64,000 bases of DNA from a bacterium (GTDB lineage Bacteria > SAR324 > NAC60-12): NCBI GenBank assembly GCA_965205865.1, contig CBDBHR010000029.1, positions 288,001-352,000 of the forward strand, given 5' to 3'. Each line of letters starts with the position of its first letter. Within the stretch, counting starts at the first letter, position 1. The notes under the pieces are model-generated. The model saw only the letters and a list, made by a program, of their open reading frames with translations, ran no database searches and was not told the origin of the DNA. Position numbers and translations under genes: made by a program. Below are positions 1 to 9,500 of this stretch, one piece after another.

Positions 1-109
1 CGAATACGTATGCGGGCATATCCTGAAGATACGTCGAGCACGTTTTTCGAGCAAAACTTTGTCAAGAAGGTATCGTACTCTCGTTTCAAGAACTGGATGC
101 GATTTCTTA

Positions 110-304
110 TCAGTTTTGTGGTTGCCATGTATTAATTATAATATATTCACTAAAAATTGCAAAATATAAGTGAACATATTGGAAAATTTGGTTCAATTTG
201 ACTAAACAATCGCGTTTAACTGTGTTTGAGCCTTTCAAGTTCATCGGCGCAGACGTCGGGAAAACATCGCATACCTCACCGATGCGCTTCATTTCCCAAC
301 TCAT
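110..304 (-). pseudogene. hsdS: Type I R-M specificity subunit, N-terminal remnant
   Basis: Starts MSWEMKRIGEVCDVF, typical of HsdS N-termini, then runs into unrelated AT-rich sequence. Lies downstream of an hsdM C-terminal remnant. Confidence 0.5.
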
Positions 305-374
305 TCCTACAGCCCCTTAAATCAGCCTGCAAGTTCATTTTGTTCATTTCCTGATTCGAGCAGCAACTCACTGA

Positions 375-578
375 CTATTTCTCCTGTTCTTCCCCGTACA
401 TCTTGGGATCCGGATCAATCTCGATGACCTCGCCATCTCGTAGAACCACCACCCCGGTTTTGTGCTGATGCGCAACTTTATGAGCACGCTTGACGGCACG
501 GTGTAACGCGTTAAGGATGTCCTGCGTTTCCTTGTCGCCATGTTGCGAGGTGGGGATATCTCGATTTCGTTCAGTCAC
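375..578 (-). CDS. Small hypothetical protein, partner of the zeta-like ATPase
   Basis: 67 aa; start overlaps the stop of the upstream ATPase; ALHRAVKRAHKVAHQHKTGVVVLRDGEVIEI resembles small partners of COG4185 ATPases. Confidence 0.6.
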   Translation of the reverse strand: MTERNRDIPTSQHGDKETQDILNALHRAVKRAHKVAHQHKTGVVVLRDGEVIEIDPDPKMYGEEQEK

Positions 579-1099
579 GGGTTTTCTCCCTTTTCAATTA
601 ATGTGGGAATACGGCCGCTAGTATCGAACCACTGCCAATAATCGACGATGTGACGGTACTTTTTCTGAAAATTCTTCAAACCGCTTGCAAAGCGGCGGCG
701 AATGACATCCGGTGGGACATAGTGGCCGCCTTGCCTTACGCGCGATTCGACCCGCTTGATCGCTTCTTCCGGATTTGCCAGCGACAGAAATATCAGCTTG
801 ACCGTGTAACCGTCACTGCGCCAGCGCGGGATCATTCTGGCATAGGTGAGACCGGACAAGGAAGTTTCAAAGGCAAAACTCCTTCGCTGCTGCACGTGTT
901 TTTTAATTTCCTCCAACATCAACCGGGCAGCTCGAAAAAGAGCGGCTTCCGGCTGAAAGGGGGACAGGCCCGCTCCGATCAGGTCAGCGTTGACAAAGGA
1001 TGGACATTTTGCCTCGTGCGGTAAATGCTCCAGTGCGAAAGTTGTCTTTCCAGCGCCGTTGGGTCCGGCGATGATAATGATTTTCCGGTCGACGTCCAT
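575..1099 (-). CDS. Zeta-toxin-like / AAA_33 P-loop kinase-ATPase (COG4185)
   Basis: IIAGPNGAGKTT Walker A, FVNADLI, SFAFETSL and RVRQGGH motifs; GAGGAG RBS before ATG at 1099. Confidence 0.85.
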   Translation of the reverse strand: MDVDRKIIIIAGPNGAGKTTFALEHLPHEAKCPSFVNADLIGAGLSPFQPEAALFRAARLMLEEIKKHVQQRRSFAFETSLSGLTYARMIPRWRSDGYTVKLIFLSLANPEEAIKRVESRVRQGGHYVPPDVIRRRFASGLKNFQKKYRHIVDYWQWFDTSGRIPTLIEKGENP

Positions 1100-1103
1100 C
1101 TCC

Positions 1104-1372
1104 TCATGTCCCCAACGCCTCAAAGTTTTTCTCAATGGTCACCGCCAGCGTCGCCGCCTCTGCGTTCATTTCGTCCATTTCCTCGTGAATCACGCGCAGG
1201 GACTCCCTGAAATCGAAGTTCTCGTCCTCCACTTCGGGAGCGACGCCTACGTAGCAGCCCGGCGTCAAGCTCCAGTCATTGGTTGCCAATTCCGTTTTTT
1301 CGACCAGCTTCGCCAGCCCTTCGACAATGCGAAGTTCCGCATCGGGAAAGCGTTTTTGCAGCCAGCGCGCCT
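1104..1372 (-). pseudogene. hsdM: Type I R-M methyltransferase, C-terminal remnant
   Basis: Frame reads ARWLQKRFPDAELRIVEGLAKLVEKTELATNDWSLTPGCYVGVAPEVEDENFDF, a characteristic HsdM C-terminus; the N-terminal part is absent. Confidence 0.75.
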
Positions 1373-1813
1373 GTCACCAGATAAAACATTGCATTAAAAC
1401 CAGATGCGAGACTAGCTTAGACATTGTGAATAGTCAACGCGCCTCGAGTTGGGAATCGTCGATTTCAGGGAGCTGTGTCCGGGCTTCCAACTAAGGCGAG
1501 ATGTTAAATTGAGAGTGGAAGAATCCAAACGTTTTACTTGGATTGGACCTGCATAACCCCCTTTGGATAAAGTCGGTCCGGTTGAAGGCGGAAACAAAAA
1601 TGCGCTTGATTCCACTACCAGCATGCGGTAATTGTCTTTCGACCTGCTTACGTACCAGACACTCATGACGGTGAAGAAAAAAGTCGCGGTCATCTTTGCA
1701 ATTACGAAGGGCAGCCCGCGGGTACAATCGACACTGGCTGTTTGGTGGGGTTGACTGGACAGCCTGTTTAGAAATCAAATCAGGAAGAAATTTCCAATGA
1801 AAGGAAGGAGATT

Positions 1814-2209
1814 ATGGATCTAGGCGTATTTTCGATCAGTCTTGCAGTCAAGGATATTACCAAATCGCGGGATTTTTATGAAAAACTCGACTTCAAGGTC
1901 ATCGGCGGAGATTTAGCAGAGAATTGGCTTATCCTACAGAACGGCACGAGCACGATTGGGCTCTTTCAGGGGATGTTCGATACGAACACGTTAACCTTCA
2001 ATCCTGGTTGGTGCGCCTCGGGCAACCACCCGTCGGAATTCGACGACGTGCGTGACATCCAAGGCATGCTCAAGGAGCGCGGAATTGAGATCGTGCAAGA
2101 GGCTGATGAAACGGGGACTGGCGTGGCGCACTTGTTCTTCATGGACCCCGACGGAAACCCTATCCTGATCGATCAACACGTCCCGCGACCGGGTGATTCC
2201 GAAGAATAA
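1814..2209 (+). CDS. VOC/glyoxalase family protein
   Basis: MDLGVFSISLAVKDI...TLTFNPGW...DPDGNPILIDQH; strong AGGAAGGAG RBS. Confidence 0.9.
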   Translation: MDLGVFSISLAVKDITKSRDFYEKLDFKVIGGDLAENWLILQNGTSTIGLFQGMFDTNTLTFNPGWCASGNHPSEFDDVRDIQGMLKERGIEIVQEADETGTGVAHLFFMDPDGNPILIDQHVPRPGDSEE

Positions 2210-2521
2210 ACAGGAATGCAAGCTGGGGCGACTCGATCGAGACGGATTACCCTGACCGATGTCGAGCGTAGAAAGTTCGGGGACTTAACCGGGTTCTTCC
2301 CACTTGAGAGTCTCTTCCAGCTTTTTGACGCCCTCGGTCTCCTCTGCAGTGCGCACTTGGTTCTGCTCGCCTTGCGGTGAGTTTCCGTTGTGCGCTCGAC
2401 TTCCAACGCGTTGGATTCGTCGACATTCACGGCGCCGGCTACTCCGCCAGGTTTCCGTTCAGAAGACGAACAATGCTCATGGGGTTGAAAGGACACTGCA
2501 CTTAGGGCTGTCGTTGAATGT

Positions 2522-3706
2522 TTATGCGGTTTGGGACGCAGTGTCAAAAGAAAGTGTAGCAAGAGCCCCCGCTACTAAGCGTGCCGCGTGCTCGATATCC
2601 TCGTAGGAGGTGAAGCGGCCAAAGCTGAAGCGAATGGAAGAATCGCTCTGAGTTGAGCTCAATCCGAGTGCGCGAAGTACATGCGATGGTTCGGGAATAC
2701 CAGACGCGCAAGCAGCGCCTGTGGATGCGGCAAGTCGTGGCTGAAGGACACCGAGGATGTCCTGCGCATGGAAGCCGTCAAAGCGGATGTTGGCGTTACC
2801 CGGATGACGTCGTGGGCCAATTGTTCCGTTGACGGTGATCGGAGAATTTCCGGCTTGTAGCAAGTGAACAAACGAATCACGCTGCTGAGCGACCCGTGTG
2901 CGTTCCTCGATCGATTTTTCGTCAGCCATGATCCCGGCTGCCGTCGCCATACCCACGCAAAGCGGCATCGGGACGGTGCCGGAACGCAGACCCTCTTGCT
3001 GCCCACCACCATAAATCAATGGCTCGACCGACTCTTTGAGATCACGGCGAACGTACAACGCGCCGATGCCTTGTGGCCCATACATTTTGTGCGCTGAAAG
3101 GCTGATCAAGTCTGTATGCGTGGCAAGATCACCAACTTCCATTCCACAGGGAGCTTGCGCCGCATCACAATGAAACAGGATACCATAGGGCGTGAGCAGT
3201 TTGGCAATCCTTGGGATGTCCTGAATTGTCCCGACTTCGTTGTTCACCGCCATTAGTGAAAGAAGGAGAACATCTCTATCTACGCGTTCTTCCAACACAT
3301 CAAAGTCAACAAATCCTTCGCTGTCGACTGCAATAGTCTCGACGGTGATTCCTTCACGTTCGGACAGCGCCCGCGCTGCCCCTAAGACGCACTTGTGCTC
3401 GATTGCGCTGACCAAAATCCGGCGACGGCCGCCCGGTGCTCGTCGTGCAAGACCGAGTAATGCGAGATTGTTGGCTTCTGTGGCTCCGGAGGTGAAGACC
3501 ACCTCATCGGCATCGGCTCCTATCAAGGCCGCTACGGATGCCGCCGCTTCGCGAACGGCTTCCTCAGCTCGCCACCCGATGACGTGATCGCTCGAGTGAG
3601 GATTGCCGAATGAATTCTCCCAACAGGGAGTCATCTTTTTCAAGACCCGCGGATCAACCGGCGTGGTCGCCTGATAATCCGCGTAAATGGTCTTTCGGTT
3701 GTCCAT
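2522..3706 (-). CDS. Group I cysteine desulfurase (IscS/DndA/SspA-like)
   Basis: YADYQATTP, FTSGATEANN, SAHKMYGPQG (PLP lysine) and STGAACAS (catalytic Cys). Divergent from the DUF4007 operon. Confidence 0.92.
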   Translation of the reverse strand: MDNRKTIYADYQATTPVDPRVLKKMTPCWENSFGNPHSSDHVIGWRAEEAVREAAASVAALIGADADEVVFTSGATEANNLALLGLARRAPGGRRRILVSAIEHKCVLGAARALSEREGITVETIAVDSEGFVDFDVLEERVDRDVLLLSLMAVNNEVGTIQDIPRIAKLLTPYGILFHCDAAQAPCGMEVGDLATHTDLISLSAHKMYGPQGIGALYVRRDLKESVEPLIYGGGQQEGLRSGTVPMPLCVGMATAAGIMADEKSIEERTRVAQQRDSFVHLLQAGNSPITVNGTIGPRRHPGNANIRFDGFHAQDILGVLQPRLAASTGAACASGIPEPSHVLRALGLSSTQSDSSIRFSFGRFTSYEDIEHAARLVAGALATLSFDTASQTA

Positions 3707-3739
3707 GCGTTGCTCCTGGGAATTGCCGTAAGTTTGTCA

Positions 3740-3771
3740 TTGACACTACGAAAATATATCCGTATTGTCAA
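3740..3771. promoter_or_regulatory. Palindromic bidirectional sigma70-type promoter, possible operator
   Basis: TTGACA-17bp-TATTGT on + (3740-3768) and TTGACA-17bp-TAGTGT on - (3771-3743); arms TTGACACTACG / CGTATTGTCAA are 10/11 complementary. Confidence 0.7.
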
Positions 3772-3799
3772 ATTGGACGTTTTAACTGATGGAGAGACA

Positions 3800-4735
3800 A
3801 TGCTGCGAGGTCCCCTCTACAAAGACAACTACCAACCACAGCTGTCGGGGCACGAGACGTTTCCGCTCAGATACGGATGGCTCAAGAAAGCCTTCGACGC
3901 CGTTCGAGAAACCGAAAGCGACCAGAACAACAAATCGGTTTTCTCGGCAGACGATGCCATCGCACGGTTCGGCGTCGGTAAGAACATGGTGGCCTCTATC
4001 CGGCATTGGGCGATTGCGACAGGCGTCATCAAGGATGCGTCGGGTGGAACGGTCACCACGTCAATTGGCCGATGCTTATTTGCTGAAGGTGGTCTCGACC
4101 CTTACATGGAGCACCCGGACACTGCATGGCTCATTCACTGGCAACTCTGCGGCCAACCGCACAAGACCACGTGGTTTTGGGCATTCAATTATTTTCCAGC
4201 ACCATCATTCGATCGCGAGATGCTTGCCAGGAGCTTGCAAAAACTTGCGAAAGATCGTGGATGGCCACGCACGTCTACCGCTACGATTAAAAAGGACGTT
4301 GCATGTTTTGTGCGCACCTATGTATCGTCTTTACCATCAGCAAAGACGAGTTACGAAGATACTTTGGAGTCCCCACTCACGGAACTCGGTTTGATCAAAC
4401 CTATCGGGAAGCGAGACGGATTCCGCTTCATTCGAGGGCGTAAGCCTTCACTCGGGCCTGGCGTGTTTTGCCACGCAGTCACCCATTTCTGGTCACGTTA
4501 TTCGAAAGCGCGAACCCTCTCCTTCGAGGCGCTTGCCCATGAGCCCGGATCTCCGGGAAGGGTTTTTCTGCTGGACGAGAACGACTTGATGGATCGTCTT
4601 TCTACGCTCGAAAGCGTTAGTAACGCCCTTTACAGGTGGTCGGAAACGAGTGGGCTGAAGCAACTTATACGAAACCGCGATTTGGATGATAAAGACACAA
4701 TCCGCTTGATTGAGGGGGACTATGTTGGAGCATGA
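3800..4735 (+). CDS. DUF4007 family protein (SspB-like)
   Basis: SGHETFPLRYGWLKK, FGVGKNMVASIRHW, DPYME, ESPLTELGL and PGSPGRVFLLDE motifs; GGAG RBS before ATG at 3800. Confidence 0.88.
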   Translation: MLRGPLYKDNYQPQLSGHETFPLRYGWLKKAFDAVRETESDQNNKSVFSADDAIARFGVGKNMVASIRHWAIATGVIKDASGGTVTTSIGRCLFAEGGLDPYMEHPDTAWLIHWQLCGQPHKTTWFWAFNYFPAPSFDREMLARSLQKLAKDRGWPRTSTATIKKDVACFVRTYVSSLPSAKTSYEDTLESPLTELGLIKPIGKRDGFRFIRGRKPSLGPGVFCHAVTHFWSRYSKARTLSFEALAHEPGSPGRVFLLDENDLMDRLSTLESVSNALYRWSETSGLKQLIRNRDLDDKDTIRLIEGDYVGA

Positions 4736-4753
4736 CGGAAAGGACAAAACCTG

Positions 4754-7700
4754 ATGGCGCTCGCCGACCGAATCCGGATCACCCGGCGTTTTCAACGCGC
4801 GGTCCGCATAGATAGTGATCTTGGTAATCCTGCGACTTTGGATGGATTTATCTGTCCTCGATCCTCCGCCGAGGTTCTCGAGACAATGGCGCGGCATGTA
4901 GCTGAGAACGGCCAGGGCGCATTCACATGGACGGGTCCCTACGGCAGCGGAAAATCAAGTTTAGCCATTGCCCTGTGCGCCCTGCTCAATGGAGACAAGA
5001 AGCTCGCGCGCAATGCGGAATCGGTTCTGGGGCGGGAAACGGCATCGATCATATGGGAGGCATTACCGCCCAGGACGAGAGGCTGGCATTTTCTGCCTGT
5101 GGTTGGCCGGCGGGATCGTCCCGCGCAAGTTATGGGTGAAGCCATTATCGATTACGATTTCCTGACAGGTCGGCGACCCAAGTCCTGGACCGACAAGCGC
5201 GTTCTCGACACCATTGACGAGATTGAGGCGCGCAATCCACATAGCAGCGGTGGTTTGCTGATGTTCATCGATGAGATGGGTAAATTCCTGGAAGCCACGG
5301 CGAACGACGGATCGGATATATACTTCTTTCAAGAACTCGCGGAGCGGGCTTCGCGTAGTGACAAGCGACTCATTTTAGTTGGTATCCTCCATCAAGCTTT
5401 CGAGGAGTACGCCCATCGTTTGTCACGTGAAATGCGAGACGAATGGTCGAAGATCCAGGGTCGTTTCGTGGACCTTGCCGTCAACACTGGCGGAGATGAG
5501 CAAATCGACGTGATCGGACGTGCAATCGAAAGCGATCACGGTCTGGAAATACCGGGTCCGTTGGCCGAAAACGTGGCTCGACAAACGCAACGAAAGACCT
5601 CTCCTCACTTTGCAGACATGTTGGAAGATTGCTGGCCGCTTCACCCGATCGTCGCCTGTCTGCTGGGTCCTGTTTCACGACGCCGGTTCGGTCAGAACCA
5701 ACGGAGTATTTTCGGATTCCTCAACTCGGCCGAGCCGCAGGGGTTCCAGGATTTTCTCAGACACGCCAGTGACGATGACATTTATGCTCCCGATCGCCTG
5801 TGGGATTACCTGCGGATCAACCTGGAACCGTCTATCCTGGCCTCCCCTGACGGGCACCGCTGGGCGTTGGCTATGGAAGTTCTGCAGCGATGCGAAGCTA
5901 TGGGTGGGGAGGATATACATCTCCGGCTGCTCAAGGTAATTGCAGTGGTCGATATGTTCAAGGACCGCTCCGGCCTTGGAGCGAGTCACGATCTGTTGAA
6001 ACTCGCCTTTCCAGGCTATGATTTTGAAGATATCGGGCGTGCTTTGGATGATTTGCAACGTCGGTCGTTCATTATCTATCGGAAGTTTGTCGATGCATAC
6101 TCGATCTTCGAAGGCAGTGACTTCAATATCGACCACGCGGTAGAACAGGCAATGGGGAGCAAGGATGAGTTGGACTTCACCGCGCTCAACGCGCTGTCCG
6201 GCTTCCAGCCCATCTTGGCGAAGCGACATTATCATGAAACAGGCGCGATGCGCTGGTTCGACGTCGTTGTTGTTCCCCTGGCGGAGATCGAAAATGTAGC
6301 AGCCGACTATGCACCGCTCCATGGTGCTATTGGGAGTTTCTTTCTCACGATTCCCACACAGGGTGAATCGGAAGAGGTGGCGGTGGAAATATGCAGTCGG
6401 GTTGCGCAGATGAGTAGTAATTGGGATATTGTAATTGGCCTGTCGCAGCGAGTCTGGGGAATTCAGGATCTGGTACGTGAACTGTTGGCGCTGGGCAGGT
6501 GCGCGATGAAACTCCGGAGCTACAAGGTGATAGAATTGCCCGCATTGAGGTCCATGCGCGCATCGGTGTGATACAAGAGCAATTGGAGGGTGAGTTCAGT
6601 CGAGCCTTCAACAGCGCGTTCTGGTATCACAAACGATTTAAATCCAAGTTACTTCCGCATGCGGAACTCAATCGTCTGGCCTCCGACATCGCCGATGCTC
6701 GGTTTGGGAGCGCGCCACGGCTCCACAATGAGCTTCTGGGACACGTAAAGCCTTCAAGCAATGCAGTCGCCGCGCGAAATGCTCTCCTGCGACTGATGGT
6801 GCTCAATGAAGGGGAGACACGTCTCGGCATCAAGGGATTTCCTGCCGAAGGCGGTCTCTTCGCATCGTTGTTGCAGGCAACCGGGTTGTACCGCGAAACA
6901 GAGGAGGGATGGCGTTTCATGGCTCCCGAACCAGGGGCGAATGATCCCCGCGACCTGGAACCTACCTGGCAGGCGGCCATGGATTTGCTGAAAGTCAACT
7001 CGCACCGAGCTGTTCCGGTCGCTGAGATTTACGATGTCTGGCGCCAAGCACCGTTCGGGATAAAGGACGGTCTGCTTCCGGTATTGGCAGTGGCGTTTCT
7101 GCTATCGCAGCGTACGAAACTGGCCTTCTACCGTCAGGGGATTTTTCAGGCAAGCGTGTCTGATCTGGATATGGACTATCTCGCCAGGGATCCGGCCGAC
7201 ATTCAGCTTCGATGGATGAACCTCACTGAGACCTCGCGCCAACTCTTGTCCGAAATGGCCGATATCGTGCGTGAATTGCAAGAAGACAATACATTGGCTC
7301 ACATGGAGCCGATAGACGTTGCTAAAGGTTTAGTGGCGATTTATGACCAGCTGCCAGCTTGGGTCAGACGAACGCAGTGCCTTTCAGGCAATTCCAAGCG
7401 TATTCGTCAACTGTTCAAGCAAGCCAACGATCCGAACAGGTTGATCTTCGACGATATCCCGGAAGTGATAAAAGACTGTCCGGTTGCTGGTGAATCAGTA
7501 GCCATACAGCAGGTTGCGAACTACGTTCGCGAGGGTTTGACGGAGCTACAACAGGCCTATCCCACGATGCTCAACCGTATGAGAGATTCACTGCTCACCG
7601 AACTACAGGTACCGAATACCTCACCATCGATAATGGCCGAGTTGCGCGCTCGCGCCAGCAACGTCCGCGATCTTGGTGGAGATTATCGTCTGGAGGCGTT

Positions 7701-8145
7701 TATCATGCGTCTCTCGCAATTTGAAGGACAAGCAAAAGAAATAGAGGATTTGGCCAGCATGTCTGTCAACAAACCACCACGGGACTGGATCGATCCGGAT
7801 ATCGATCGCGCGATGGTGGAACTTGCCGAACTTGCCCAAAAGTTTCTACGCGCCGAGGCATTCGCCCACGTCAAGGGACGCAAAGACAAGAGACACGCCA
7901 TGGCAGTGGTGATAGGCATAGGTGGCCGGCCGACGCCGGCTCATGACGAGTTCGATATCACCGATCCGGAACGCGAGGAGGTGAATGCGCTGATTGACCA
8001 GATAGACACAGTTCTGAAACACAGCGGTGAAAAGCGGCGTAACGTAATCCTGGCTGCCCTGGCTGAGTTGAGTGCCCGCCATCTTCGTGACACGGACATA
8101 GTCAAACCTGAAAAGCTCGGTGGTAAGAAATGGAACGCATGGTGA
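4754..8145 (+). CDS. Large P-loop ATPase (SspC-like), about 1130 aa, split by a 1-nt frameshift near 6493-6495
   Basis: Walker A GPYGSGKS, Walker B LMFIDE, WPLHP and FGQNQRSIFGFL motifs. ORFs 4754-6571 and 6499-8145 join into one frame if one base is added at the GGG run. Confidence 0.85.
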
Positions 8146-8156
8146 GGAACGCAGGC

Positions 8157-8984
8157 ATGGAACGACATGTGTTGGGGCTCTCCGGTGGTCGCGACAGCGC
8201 GGCGTTAGCCGTTTACGTGCGCCAGATTCATCCCGAACTGGATATCGACTACTTCTTTACGGATACCGGCAAAGAGCTACCGGAGGTCTATGAATTTCTG
8301 GTCAAGCTCGAAGGGTTTCTGGGTAAACCCATCGTGCGGTTGAATCCCGACCGGAATTTTGACTATTGGCTGAAGCAGTACAACAACTTTCTGCCGTCGC
8401 CACAGGCACGTTGGTGTACAAGGCAGCTGAAATTGCGACCATTTGAGCAATGGATTCGGCCAATTCTCGATAGTGGCAAAACCGTTTACAGCTACGTCGC
8501 CATTCGCGCGGACGAAGAGTACCGTGAAGGTTACGCGTCCAAACACGACGCTCTCGTCGTGCAGCTCCCTTTCAAAGATGCCGGCATCGACAAAGCAGGT
8601 GTTCTGGAAATTCTGGAAGGCGCGGGATTGGGGTTGCCGAAATACTATGAGTGGCGCACTCGTAGTGGATGCACCTTTTGCTTCTTCCAGCAGAAAATCG
8701 AATGGGTGCGTCTCAAAGAAAAGCACCCGGACTATTTTGAAGAAGCCAAGGCTTATGAAAAAGACGCTGTGGAGCACGGATCGCCTTTCACATGGAGCCA
8801 AGGCGAGTCATTAGCGGAGTTGGAGCAGTCGGAGCGCATCGAGCAGATCAGACAAGATCATGAAAGACGACTCGCTCGCATGCGTTCGAAAGTAAAACCC
8901 AACCCGCTGAGACCAGATAGTGACCCTCTTGATATAGATGACCTGTATGGCCAAGCGAAGGTTTGCTTGGTGTGCCATAAATAG
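8157..8984 (+). CDS. PAPS reductase family protein (SspD/DndC-like)
   Basis: PP-loop LSGGRDS, FTDTG, RWCTRQLK, RSGCTFCFFQ and C-terminal CLVCH. Confidence 0.9.
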   Translation: MERHVLGLSGGRDSAALAVYVRQIHPELDIDYFFTDTGKELPEVYEFLVKLEGFLGKPIVRLNPDRNFDYWLKQYNNFLPSPQARWCTRQLKLRPFEQWIRPILDSGKTVYSYVAIRADEEYREGYASKHDALVVQLPFKDAGIDKAGVLEILEGAGLGLPKYYEWRTRSGCTFCFFQQKIEWVRLKEKHPDYFEEAKAYEKDAVEHGSPFTWSQGESLAELEQSERIEQIRQDHERRLARMRSKVKPNPLRPDSDPLDIDDLYGQAKVCLVCHK

Positions 8985-9008
8985 AAACAGGAAAATCAAG
9001 ACAGTTCA

Positions 9009-9500
9009 ATGACAAAAAACGAATCAAGGCAGTCTTCGCCGGTGGATATGGTGGCAGCACAAGATGAATACTGGACTCACGTTTGGGATATATGCCTGTG
9101 GCCACGACAGTGGCTGACTTGCAACCCGGATCTAAGTTTGTCATGGCAAAGCGTTGAACTCAACAATAGTCAGAGAAGCGAAGTCCCTCAGTATGCCGGT
9201 GTCTATTCGCTGGTGATTCAACCTGGAATTGCTGGTCACCCAGCTTGTTCTTATCTCATGTATCTCGGCAAAGCCAAAGACCTTCGTCAGCGTTTTATTG
9301 ATTATTTGACTGTCGAACGTAACAAGCGTCCAAAAATCGTACGGCTTCTCGAAAAGTATCGCGGTTACATACAGTTCTTCTATTCCGGTATTGACGAAAG
9401 GAAGCTTGATAAGATGGAAGAACAGTTGATTAATGCTTTCGTTCCTCACTGTAATTCAAGGTTCACCGGGGAGATAAACATGATAGTTGGAGCATTCTGA
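9009..9500 (+). CDS. GIY-YIG nuclease family protein
   Basis: GVYSL...YLMYLGKAKDLRQRF...EEQLINAFVPHCN matches the GIY-YIG Y, G, R, E, N signature. Confidence 0.75.
   Translation: MTKNESRQSSPVDMVAAQDEYWTHVWDICLWPRQWLTCNPDLSLSWQSVELNNSQRSEVPQYAGVYSLVIQPGIAGHPACSYLMYLGKAKDLRQRFIDYLTVERNKRPKIVRLLEKYRGYIQFFYSGIDERKLDKMEEQLINAFVPHCNSRFTGEINMIVGAF

Noticed and set aside
1400-1800. Short ORFs between the hsdM remnant and the VOC gene
   Set aside because: No recognisable motifs or RBS; probably degraded sequence.
2522-3706. Housekeeping iscS of an Fe-S cluster operon
   Set aside because: No iscU, iscR, suf or mnmA neighbours; shares a promoter palindrome with the DUF4007 operon.
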